From: an uncultured delta proteobacterium
Lineage (GTDB): Bacteria; Myxococcota_A; Polyangia; Fen-1088
Assembly (NCBI GenBank): GCA_963755125.1
Contig: CAVWIP010000008.1
Location: 1 to 64,000 of the forward strand
Reading direction: 5' to 3'
Length of the DNA stretch: 64,000 nucleotides
The translations under genes and the position numbers were made by a program. The notes under the pieces were generated by a model. The model was not told the DNA's origin. It searched no databases and saw only the letters and a program-made list of their open reading frames with translations. Shown here one piece after another: positions 27,017 through 36,013 of the stretch (positions are counted from its first letter, which is position 1; every line of letters begins with the position of its first letter).

Positions 27017-28384
27017 TCAGTCTCTTGAGGAGAAGATGATGGCTCCAGGATCCCGTTCGCGGCCCGAGGCCTGGGCGCGGACCTTCTCGATTCCCGCAAG
27101 CTCCTCGGCAATGCGCGGGAAGGCGTAGCGGATCTGGCCACTGTCATCCGTCACCACGTCGCCGCCCAATGCCACCAGGGACTTGCTCAGCGCCTCAGCC
27201 GCGGCTGGCTCGGGCGCCAGTTCCTCGACCGACGCAGCCTGGCCCCGTTTGGCCAGCACGGGTTGCAACAATCGGCGGCGGGCGTTGCGCTTGCGCCGGC
27301 CAGGCTCGCGCGCCCGCTCGACCAGCCAACGGCCAAGCGGCACCGCGAACAGCAGCGACGAGAAGACCAGGGGATAGTCGTGCAGCAGGAACTCCTGGCC
27401 GGGAATCGGCGCACTGAGGCCGGCCTCGAAGGCCGGCACGATCCACAGCGGCGCCAGCAGGTTGAACCCGTTGAACAGGCTGATGGCGACGTTGGTGCCG
27501 GTGCGGTTGCCGGTCAGCGGTGGCCGCGACTCCAGGCGTTCCCAGGCCCGGTGCACGACGAGATCGGGGCCGGGGATCTCTTCGGCCGTCTTACGAATGT
27601 CCTTGAACGCGTAGACCACCACGCCATCGTCCGTGACCTCGGGCTCGCCGCCGTAGTTGACCAGCAAGCGGGTGGCCTCCTCCTCGGCGCGCGCGAAATC
27701 CCATCCCATCAGCATCACCAAATCCACCGCAGCGATGCGGCCGTTTTTCTGGCGGATGTGGGCCAGAATCTCCTTCTCGTCGGCCAGCGGATCCACCGGC
27801 GGCTTGGGCGGCCCGAACACGAACTCGAAAACTTTTTTGTACAGCGGCTTGTCGGGGAGCCGGCGGCGCGGTCGCCGGTATGGGCCGACATCTCCGCTCG
27901 GACCCCAGCCCCACATCCAGAACAGCGGCCAGGTGAAGTCCATGTCACCACCGCTGTCGCGGTCGTCCGAACTACGCCGCGCGAACAGCACCGCGATCAG
28001 CATGACGACGAACGCGACGAAGTACACGACCAGCGTTGTCACGATGGAGATCTTGAAAAGAAAGGTGAACCCTCTCCACAGCGCATCCCCCGCCTTGGCC
28101 AGCTTCTCGCGTAGCGACACCGCATCCCGGCGGGTGAACGACGGATCGAATTGATAGATCAGCTCGCCACTCTCGGTGGCTGCGAGATGGCTGCGAAACT
28201 CCTTGAGCAGGCCGGCAAGTGCTTCCTCGGCGACAGGCACCGGGAGACCGGATTTCGCGACCACATCCGCCTTGGTCAACTGACCGCCCTGGCCCTTCAG
28301 GGCCTCGAGCAGAATGCGGCGCGCCTCGCGCTCGGAGTACGTCTTGTTTTCGAAGGTGGTGTCGGCCGCCATGCTGCTTGTCAT
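27017..28384 (-). CDS. hypothetical membrane protein (co-oriented 26 nt upstream of hslO)
   Basis: 455 aa; hydrophobic segments IVTTLVVYFVAFVVMLIAVLF, WPLFWMWGWG, LFNGFNLLAPLWIVPAF; no known motif recognised. Confidence 0.5.
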   Translation of the reverse strand: MTSSMAADTTFENKTYSEREARRILLEALKGQGGQLTKADVVAKSGLPVPVAEEALAGLLKEFRSHLAATESGELIYQFDPSFTRRDAVSLREKLAKAGDALWRGFTFLFKISIVTTLVVYFVAFVVMLIAVLFARRSSDDRDSGGDMDFTWPLFWMWGWGPSGDVGPYRRPRRRLPDKPLYKKVFEFVFGPPKPPVDPLADEKEILAHIRQKNGRIAAVDLVMLMGWDFARAEEEATRLLVNYGGEPEVTDDGVVVYAFKDIRKTAEEIPGPDLVVHRAWERLESRPPLTGNRTGTNVAISLFNGFNLLAPLWIVPAFEAGLSAPIPGQEFLLHDYPLVFSSLLFAVPLGRWLVERAREPGRRKRNARRRLLQPVLAKRGQAASVEELAPEPAAAEALSKSLVALGGDVVTDDSGQIRYAFPRIAEELAGIEKVRAQASGRERDPGAIIFSSRD

Positions 28385-28609
28385 GCCTTACATCGGCGCG
28401 ATCGCCAAGGTGTTCTCGCGATTCGCGCTGCTGCGATTGCATCCACCGCGCCGCGCTCCCCAGCCTCCAGCCTCGCGTCTCCAGCTTTACCTGTCAGGCC
28501 TGGCACGACAGCGGTTGCAGAGCCGTTGCTCGCAGCTATAGTTGTGGGATCGGCGCCCGTGTGGCAGGGCGCGGAAAGGGAGCGAGTGGACGAGAGGTTA
28601 GCTGCAGAC

Positions 28610-29683
28610 ATGGGCCAGACGGACACGGCGATTGCAGCGATGCCTGATGGCCTTGCGATCTACGCGCCCGACGGAGAGATCCTGCGCATCAACCCCGCGG
28701 CCGAAAGGATGTTGGGTCTGGCCGGGTGCCGGAACGACGGTCCCGCCGCAGACCCCATGGACGGCCCCAGCGTGCTCAACACCGACGGCAAACCCATCGC
28801 GCGCGAGCAGCAGCCGACAGCGCGCGCCTTGCGCGGTGAGGCGGTCTTCCACGAGGTGATGATCCTGGACGGGCCCGCTCCGCAGGGACGGCGTGCGGTG
28901 TCCGTCAGCGCAGTCCCCATCAAAGGGCCGGACGACAAGGTGAACGCGGTGGTCGCCACCTTGGTCGATGTCACGCGTCTGCACCGGATGCAGGAACAAC
29001 GCGATGACCTGCTCCGCACAGTCTCGCACGACCTGCGCACTCCCCTGTCCGCCCTGCTCTTGCAGGCGCAGATGCTGCAACGAACGCTGCAACCCGGGGA
29101 TCGCAACGCCAAGCGCGTCGACACCATCGTTTCCAACGGAGAGCGTCTTGCCACCATGATCCGGGATCTGGTGGACGCGGTTCGCCTGGAAAGCGGCCAG
29201 TTCCAGTTGGCCCGAAAACCGATCGAGGTGCCAAGCTTCATCACCGGACTGTGCGAGCGGCTGGCCGGAATCCTGCCCACCGAGCGCCTGCGACTGTCAT
29301 TCGAGCCGCGCCTGCCCTCTCTGCCTGCGGATCCCGAACGGCTGGAACATATGCTGGTGCACCTGCTCAGCAACGCGCTCAAGTACTCGGATGCGCCGGC
29401 CGAGGTCTTCGTGCACGTGAGTTGCGCGGATGGCTGTGTCGCCATCGCCGTCACCGACCATGGCGTCGGCATTCCCCGGCATGAGTTGCCCCACCTGTTC
29501 GAGCGTTGCATGCGAAACAGAGAGCACGGCCGCCAGCAAGGCCTGGGGCTGGGCCTCTACATCACCGCCCTGTTGGTGCGCGCGCACGGGGGCCGCATCG
29601 GAGTCGAAAGCGAACCCGGCAAGGGCAGCGTGTTTCGCGTGCTTCTGCCCGTCGACGGAGAAACTGCAGCGCTGGCGTGGTAG
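28610..29683 (+). CDS. cytoplasmic PAS sensor histidine kinase
   Basis: PAS (AIAAMPDGLAIYAPDGEILRINPAAERMLGL); H-box VSHDLRTPLSAL; G-box GLGLGLYITALLVRAHGG; start chosen at first ATG after divergent upstream gene, GTG alternatives at ~28544 possible. Confidence 0.7.
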   Translation: MGQTDTAIAAMPDGLAIYAPDGEILRINPAAERMLGLAGCRNDGPAADPMDGPSVLNTDGKPIAREQQPTARALRGEAVFHEVMILDGPAPQGRRAVSVSAVPIKGPDDKVNAVVATLVDVTRLHRMQEQRDDLLRTVSHDLRTPLSALLLQAQMLQRTLQPGDRNAKRVDTIVSNGERLATMIRDLVDAVRLESGQFQLARKPIEVPSFITGLCERLAGILPTERLRLSFEPRLPSLPADPERLEHMLVHLLSNALKYSDAPAEVFVHVSCADGCVAIAVTDHGVGIPRHELPHLFERCMRNREHGRQQGLGLGLYITALLVRAHGGRIGVESEPGKGSVFRVLLPVDGETAALAW

Positions 29684-29766
29684 CGGCAGCGCACGCAGAA
29701 GTCCCGTTCGGGTCCTGCCGAGCCGGTCCAGTCAACCGCGCGAACGTCAGGGGCTTTTGCTGTACC

Positions 29767-30320
29767 ATGGCGTCGAACGCTCTGCTCATGCCAATTCCCG
29801 TTGCTCTCGTCTCGACCTTGGTGGTCGCCCAGACAGCGATCTATCTCTGCAACGTCTAGCGAGCGCGGAGCTGTACGACCTGGGAGCCGGGACATTCTTC
29901 ACTGCCACGGCTAGCATGGTCGCGCCAAGGGCGGGCCACACGGCGACGTTGTTGGCCAACGGGACGGTGCTCGTCGCTGGTGGTGACAGCGGCGACCTCC
30001 CGAACGCGGAGCTATTCGACCCGAGGGTTGGAACATTCGCGTCCACCGGCGGCATGGCCGAGTCAAGGTCGAACCACACGGCGACATTGTTGAGCAACGG
30101 GACGGTGCTTGTCGCCGGCGGAAGCGGTGGCGCCGGCGAACTCGCGAGCGCGGAGCTATACGACCCGGAAGCCGCGAGATTTGTGGCCACAGGGAGCATG
30201 ACAGGAACAAGGACGCTTCACACGGCGACGCTGCTCCAGAACAGGACGGTGCTCATTGCCGGCGGGGTCTACGGTGGCAGCGGTGGCGGGTGGTCCGCAA
30301 GCGCGGAACTCTACCAATAG
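29767..30320 (+). pseudogene. Kelch-repeat protein (3 blades); apparent frameshift between a signal peptide (frame 1, 29767-29859) and the repeat region (frame 0, ~29860-30320)
   Basis: MASNALLMPIPVALVSTLVVAQTAIYLCNV* then in the next frame ..ASAELYDLGAGTFF..HTATLLANGTVLVAGG x3; no in-frame start for repeat region except internal ATG 29917. Confidence 0.3.
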
Positions 30321-30333
30321 CCTTGCACCCGAA

Positions 30334-32607
30334 TCAGCGACGCGAACGCCTGCGTGACGGCGCCAACGCCCGTCGGATGGGCTCGACCTCGTCGGGGGTG
30401 CAGCCCAGCCGCCGTGCGATCTCCGCCGGGCTCGCGCCCGAAACGAGGCGGCTGGCGACGATTTCCACCAGGTCGCTCCGGATCGCGCGGCTCCCGATCA
30501 CGGGGAAGCCCATGGCCACATAGGTTGCGTCGCTCACGTCGGAACTTGGAACGGATGACGCCGCGTCGGCTCTCGGTTGCTCGATCCGCCGTCCGATCTC
30601 GGCCTGGCAAAGCAGAGTGCGCTCGCGCAGCGCCGCAGGTTGCAGCAGTTTGCTTGAAAACACTACGTTTCGGCCTACCCGCACGCCCGCGCGGCCGAGC
30701 ACGCTGCGATCGCGCGGGTCCAACTCGCGCACCTGCTCGCGCGCGCTCGCGACTAGGACTGTGCCCAGTCCCTGTTCAAGCTGATACACCAAACCTCGCA
30801 CGGCCGGTCCCAGGCTGGCCAGTCGTTCATCACGCAAGGGCGCCAGCAGTTGCGCCACCCAATCGCGCGTCCACGCCACAAGTCGACGGTGCAGACGCAG
30901 GCGCTGGCCGGCGCCCAGGTCATTCACCAGCAGCGTGATCTCGGGCCGCAAACGATCCACGCCCGCTGCCAGCCGGGCCAGCGCCCGATCACCGTCCAGG
31001 ATGCGACCGGCGTCGTCGAGCCGGAAGCGCTCGTGACCCGCCTCCACCAACCCGTCGATCCAGCGCGGAATCGCAGTGCTCGCGTCCGCGTCTTGCGCGC
31101 GTGTGTCGGACGGCACGACGGCGCGCAGTTGCTGGCCCAGCGATCCGTCGCGCCGGCCGCGGGCGCGCGTGCGCCGGGAGGTGGGATCCACGAAGCGCGC
31201 GACCAGCCGCTCGTGCAGGGCATCGCTCAGGCGATCCTCGATGGCCCGCGCCCGTTCCTGCCAGGCCCGGGCATCGTCCACCCACTGCGGATGGTGTGTG
31301 ATGTACGTCCAGGTTCGAATGAAGGCCATGCGCGCCAGCAAGGTGTCGATGTCACCCTGGGCATCGTCCAAACGATCGACATGGTGTCGAATCCAATCGT
31401 CCGCCAATCGCGGTCGCGCCCCCTGAAGCTGGAGAAACACCGCGCGCAGAAGCTGAAAATGGTCGTCGAGTTGCAACTGGCGATAGTCAGGGATCTGGCA
31501 AACCTCCCACAGCAGGGCGACACTGTCGGCGTTTCGCGCGCGCACCAGCACCTCGCTGTCCTGGGCCAAACGCGCAAGCGCGCGGGAGTCTTCAGCGCTG
31601 TCCTGAAGTTCGAGGCAAGCAGCAAACGGCCGCTGCCGCAAGGACGCCAAAAGCGCGTCTAGCGAACTGGTGTCGAGATCGCGGCTGCGCCAGAAGATGC
31701 GTCGTTGCGCCGGGAAGCGATGGTCTTCGATGGCATGGCTGACGGCAGCCGGCAGCGGCGGCAAGGGCGCCAGGGTAGCGAAACGACCGTCGTTGTGGTA
31801 TCGGCCGGCGCGCCCCGCGATCTGCGCCAGCTCTGCATCCTGCAACTCGCGCGTCTGCCGGCCGTCGAACTTGCACAGCTCGGCAAACGCCACGCAGTCC
31901 ACGTCCATGTTGAGGCCCATCCCGATGGCGTCGCTTGCCACCAGATAGTCCACCTCGCCGGCCTGGTACAGCGCCACCTGCGCATTGCGCGCCCGCGGCG
32001 ACAAGGCGCCCAGCACCACCGCGGCGCCGCCCCGCCGCACGCGCAGCAGCTCGGCAAGCCGGTACACGGCGCCAGCCGAGAAGGCAACCACGGCGGTGCG
32101 CGGGGGAAGACTGCGCAACGGCAGGGCACCCGCGCCATAGAGACGTGACAGGCGCGGCCTCCGATCGATGACCGCCGTGGGCACCAACCCTTCGAGGATG
32201 GGCCGTATGGTGTCGGCTCCCAGAAACCAGGTTTCCCGTCGACCGCGTCCGTGCAGCAGGCGATCGGTGAACACATGGCCACGCTCGGGGTGGCCACACA
32301 ACTGAATCTCGTCGACCGCGACGAAATCCACCTCGCGCTCTATGGGCATGGCCTCGACCGTGCAGACCCAGTAACGCGGACGCGGCGGCACGCGCTTTTC
32401 TTCGCCGGTGACCAGGGCCACCGCTCCCTCGCCGACCCGCGCGCTCACCCGGTCGTACACCTCACGCGCCAGCAGGCGCAGGGGCAAGCCGATCATTCCG
32501 CTTCCGTGCTGCAGCATCCGCTCGACAGCGCGATGGGTCTTCCCCGTGTTGGTCGGGCCCAACTGGGCCGTGATGGATTGCGCACCCTCTGCGCGGGGCG
32601 GATGCAT
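30334..32607 (-). CDS. Suv3-like superfamily-2 ATP-dependent helicase
   Basis: P-loop LGPTNTGKT; DEIQ box (Suv3-type); motif VI QIAGRAGR; long helical C-terminal extension. Confidence 0.7.
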   Translation of the reverse strand: MHPPRAEGAQSITAQLGPTNTGKTHRAVERMLQHGSGMIGLPLRLLAREVYDRVSARVGEGAVALVTGEEKRVPPRPRYWVCTVEAMPIEREVDFVAVDEIQLCGHPERGHVFTDRLLHGRGRRETWFLGADTIRPILEGLVPTAVIDRRPRLSRLYGAGALPLRSLPPRTAVVAFSAGAVYRLAELLRVRRGGAAVVLGALSPRARNAQVALYQAGEVDYLVASDAIGMGLNMDVDCVAFAELCKFDGRQTRELQDAELAQIAGRAGRYHNDGRFATLAPLPPLPAAVSHAIEDHRFPAQRRIFWRSRDLDTSSLDALLASLRQRPFAACLELQDSAEDSRALARLAQDSEVLVRARNADSVALLWEVCQIPDYRQLQLDDHFQLLRAVFLQLQGARPRLADDWIRHHVDRLDDAQGDIDTLLARMAFIRTWTYITHHPQWVDDARAWQERARAIEDRLSDALHERLVARFVDPTSRRTRARGRRDGSLGQQLRAVVPSDTRAQDADASTAIPRWIDGLVEAGHERFRLDDAGRILDGDRALARLAAGVDRLRPEITLLVNDLGAGQRLRLHRRLVAWTRDWVAQLLAPLRDERLASLGPAVRGLVYQLEQGLGTVLVASAREQVRELDPRDRSVLGRAGVRVGRNVVFSSKLLQPAALRERTLLCQAEIGRRIEQPRADAASSVPSSDVSDATYVAMGFPVIGSRAIRSDLVEIVASRLVSGASPAEIARRLGCTPDEVEPIRRALAPSRRRSRR

Positions 32608-32771
32608 GGGCCAGAGACTACACTGTCATGCGACCGTCGAGGTGCTGCTTCCGGCGCCGCCTCCGGGACGACAGGAAGAACAGAAACCCCTCGCCTTCGG
32701 GCGAAATCCCGGTGTAAACATGACCGGTCGCGGCCGTCGAAGCGGGGCCGCAACTTTCAAGCGATCCTACA

Positions 32772-33542
32772 GTGATTGACGGACAGAAGATCATCGTGGT
32801 CATGCCGGCCTACAACGCCGAGCAGACCCTTGAACGAACGGTGGCCGAGATCCCGGACATGGTCGACCAGATCATCGTGGTGGACGACCGTTCCTCCGAC
32901 GCAACCTCCGAGCTGGCTCGCCGTCTCGGTCTTCACACCATCGTACACCCGCAGAACCGCGGCTATGGCGGCAACCAGAAGACCTGCTACAGAGCGGCTC
33001 TGCAGCAAAACGCCGACATCGTCATCATGGTCCACCCTGACTACCAGTACACGCCCAAGCTCGTGCCGGCGCTCGCCCATTGCATCGCCAGTGGTCTCTA
33101 TGACGTGGCCCTGGGCTCGCGCATCCTGGGCGGACGCGCGCTGCAAGGGGGAATGCCGCTGTACAAGTACATCGCCAATCGGGCGCTGACTGCAGTGGAG
33201 AATCTCCTGATTGACGAGAAACTTTCGGAGTATCACACGGGATACCGGGCCTTCTCCCGCAAGGTACTCACCACACTCCCGCTGGATGAGAATGCCGACG
33301 GGTTCGTGTTCGATAACCAGATGCTGGTGCAAGCAGCGTACTTCGGATTTCGCATCGCCGAGGTCACCTGCCCTACCCTCTACTTCGAGGAGGCGTCCTC
33401 CATCGGCTTTCGCCGGAGCGTCCGATATGGGATTGGGGTGCTGGAAACCGCTATCCGGTGCCGCCTCGCGCGCATGGGAATCATGGCGCCCGCCTTCCTC
33501 TCGGCCACCGGCCGAAAGCTCAGCAGCGACGGCGCCCCATGA
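32772..33542 (+). CDS. family-2 glycosyltransferase (dolichyl-phosphate mannosyl/glucosyl-transferase-like)
   Basis: GTG start; IIVVMPAYNAEQTL ... VVDDRSSDAT ... DxD-like HPDYQ; 256 aa. Confidence 0.8.
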   Translation: MIDGQKIIVVMPAYNAEQTLERTVAEIPDMVDQIIVVDDRSSDATSELARRLGLHTIVHPQNRGYGGNQKTCYRAALQQNADIVIMVHPDYQYTPKLVPALAHCIASGLYDVALGSRILGGRALQGGMPLYKYIANRALTAVENLLIDEKLSEYHTGYRAFSRKVLTTLPLDENADGFVFDNQMLVQAAYFGFRIAEVTCPTLYFEEASSIGFRRSVRYGIGVLETAIRCRLARMGIMAPAFLSATGRKLSSDGAP

Positions 33543-33572
33543 CAGTCTCCCGTGGCGCGGCAAGGCGCGCGT

Positions 33573-34637
33573 TCACGGAGCTGGCGGCGCTTCCTCGGCT
33601 CTGGCAGCGTTCAGCTTGCCGAATCCGAAGAGTGGAATTTCCTTTTCCGGCTCGGTTCGATCGTTGCTCACAACGACGATCCTTCCCACTGTGCCTCGGG
33701 TTTCTTGCTTGACGCCCTCTTCGATCACCTTGACTCGCACGCGGAAGCTGTTGTCAGAAAGTGGGCCCTCGATGGAGGCCGCGAACGGTCCCTCCAGCAC
33801 GCGCACCCCGCGCACGGCGAAGTCCGGCTGAGAGCTCCGCACTTCTATCGCCACGACTTTTGGACCGGGCAATTTGAGGTTGAAGTAGGGGTTGGTCGGC
33901 GACACTTCCAACGTACCAGCCACCTTGCAAGCATAGGGCATCGCGATTTCCTTGGGACTTGGCAGACCTGTCGAAACAACGAGGTTGCCCGAATGCACTC
34001 CAACCTTCTTGCCTTCGCAAAGAATACGAAAGCCCCCGGTTGAACCGGTTTGGCTCGACAAGAGAGTGACACTCGAATCCTCCGCAAGCGCCGACTTCTT
34101 GAGCCCTATGCCAGCCTTGTCGACCGCTGTGCCCACCAGACGGACCTCCTGGGACCGTTGTTCACCGAAAGACATCTCAAGATTGACCACCTGCGGATCG
34201 AACGCCAGCAGGCCCGTCACCTTCCCCACCAGCTCGATGGGAACCTTCTCCGCCGTTGGATCATTGGAATGCATGAGCAGGAACTCTCGCAAAGGACCAT
34301 GAAGGTCTGAGCGACAAGTCACCTCAAGTTGGCCACTCGCGCCTGGCGCGATGGTCTTCGGGTCGATGCTCGCGGAACAGAACCGACTTGCCTCAATTGT
34401 GCCGATTTCAAGCGGGAGGGCTCCCGCGTTGGACACGGTGATAGAACGTCGCGCAACTTCGTTCAGTACCATCAAACCCATTTGATAGGGCGGCATCGCA
34501 AGCCTGAGTCGCGGAGCCGCTTTGTCCGCACCTGTGCTCGATGCCGATGCGGGCCCCGGTTTCTGCTCCCGATGGCAAGCCCCCAGCAGGCCCACAACGA
34601 CGAGAACAAGCAACAGCGGGGGTGGTCTGATGGTCAA
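33573..34637 (-). CDS. lipoprotein with repeated Ig-like/beta-sandwich (DUF1573-like) modules
   Basis: LLGACH lipobox; repeated ..VxNxGxxPLEIxxIE.. style beta-sandwich segments; no catalytic motif. Confidence 0.5.
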   Translation of the reverse strand: MTIRPPPLLLVLVVVGLLGACHREQKPGPASASSTGADKAAPRLRLAMPPYQMGLMVLNEVARRSITVSNAGALPLEIGTIEASRFCSASIDPKTIAPGASGQLEVTCRSDLHGPLREFLLMHSNDPTAEKVPIELVGKVTGLLAFDPQVVNLEMSFGEQRSQEVRLVGTAVDKAGIGLKKSALAEDSSVTLLSSQTGSTGGFRILCEGKKVGVHSGNLVVSTGLPSPKEIAMPYACKVAGTLEVSPTNPYFNLKLPGPKVVAIEVRSSQPDFAVRGVRVLEGPFAASIEGPLSDNSFRVRVKVIEEGVKQETRGTVGRIVVVSNDRTEPEKEIPLFGFGKLNAARAEEAPPAP

Positions 34638-34649
34638 GTCCGCTCAGAC

Positions 34650-35813
34650 TCAGTAACAGTTGGGAGGCGTGTTCAGTTGACTTCGGATGCTGGCGATAGT
34701 GGTACCCCAGGTGCTACTTGGGCTGTACTGACTGATCGAGATCACTCCGTCGAGCATGCGCGCGTTGATGTTGACCGGATCATCCCAGGCGGTATCCTCA
34801 CCCGCCGGGGCCCCGGCCGCGCCATAGCCCGTATCAGCCAGGATCGACTTGCCCGTCACTTGGTGAACCCCGGCCCAGGTCATGTTGTTGTTGGCCCGGA
34901 TCTTGACATTGCCGGCGTCGGTGCCACCACCCGAGGTGTTGATGAAGGTGAAAAGGGTCATGTCGAAATTCGGGTACCAATTGGCGCCGTTATTGGAAAT
35001 CCACGGCGAGATGTCCATGGAGAATACGGCGTTCGGCAAGGAACTCTTCAGCGCATTCACCAGGGCTGTCATGTTGGTGCCAGCCTGTGCCGCAGTCCAG
35101 GGTTGGGTTTCACCACCGCCGGTATACTGGTACCAATCTGGCTCCATCTCAAAGATGATGGGACGGCCACCCAGGCAGGCCGCAAAGCCCGTCGAGTTGC
35201 TCGTGTAGGCGGCAAGAATATTCGCCCACTCCTGCGTGATGTACTGCGAACCATATGTGCACAAAGTGCCGCCCGAGCAGCCGCTCACATTGCAGTCGCA
35301 CAGTTCGTACTTGTTCTTGACGTAGTTGGCAGAGATGTACGTGACATCCACGGGGACCAACCCGGCGAGAGAGCCACCTGGATTTGTGCTGGTGCACACG
35401 CTCTTCTGGTTGAAGGTTCCCATCATCCATCCGGGAGTGAAGAAGTCCAACTGAGCGACCAGCGCGCCACTGGCCATCGTCGTGCCGAAGTGGAATCGGC
35501 ACTGGCTGAAGATCTTGCCTGACGCTGCCGTACTGCCACCCGCACCGCCGGTTGCCGTGCCGCCGGTTGCGGGCGTCCCGCCGATCGCGACGGTCCCGCC
35601 AGCCACGCCTGAGGCCGTGGTAGCCACGGTCCCGCCCGTGCCTCCGCCGACGCCACCGGTCGTTGCCGGTGTTCCGCCGGTTTCGGCTGGGTTCCCGCCC
35701 GTCCCCCCCGCACTGGTGCCATTGCCATTTCCAGCGCAGCCGCCGGTGAACAGGCAAGCAGAAACAAACAAGGTTGCCAGGTACCCGATCCGACAAGACT
35801 CTCTTGAACGCAT
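34650..35813 (-). CDS. secreted lipoprotein with Gly/Thr-rich linker and Cys-containing C-terminal domain (possible carbohydrate-active/binding)
   Basis: trimmed to MRSRESCRIGYLATLFVSACLFTGGC; linker GTGGNPAETGGTPATTGG..; listed ORF start overlaps upstream gene so internal start used. Confidence 0.5.
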   Translation of the reverse strand: MRSRESCRIGYLATLFVSACLFTGGCAGNGNGTSAGGTGGNPAETGGTPATTGGVGGGTGGTVATTASGVAGGTVAIGGTPATGGTATGGAGGSTAASGKIFSQCRFHFGTTMASGALVAQLDFFTPGWMMGTFNQKSVCTSTNPGGSLAGLVPVDVTYISANYVKNKYELCDCNVSGCSGGTLCTYGSQYITQEWANILAAYTSNSTGFAACLGGRPIIFEMEPDWYQYTGGGETQPWTAAQAGTNMTALVNALKSSLPNAVFSMDISPWISNNGANWYPNFDMTLFTFINTSGGGTDAGNVKIRANNNMTWAGVHQVTGKSILADTGYGAAGAPAGEDTAWDDPVNINARMLDGVISISQYSPSSTWGTTIASIRSQLNTPPNCY

Positions 35814-36013
35814 TGTTGATCCTATGTCCTTCAAGCCCGAAACCTTCTGGCAAATCAGTGCTGACGGCCCACGAAAGAGGATCATCCCGTCCTGAGCAAG
35901 ACCCTCGCTCCCGATGTGATCGTTTCCAAAGCTCGCCCGCATCAAGGATGCTTCCCTGTCCGCGGGCTGTCCGTCCGTGAAGTTTCGCCCGAACGATGCG
36001 CTTTGCTCGCTGT

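Noticed and set aside
26055-27128. 357-aa plus-strand ORF
   Set aside because: Antisense to hslO, whose Hsp33 Cys motif is clear
28151-28609. N-terminal 153 codons of ORF 28151..29683
   Set aside because: Overlap the divergent minus-strand gene start (28384) and its promoter region; kinase start moved to first ATG at 28610
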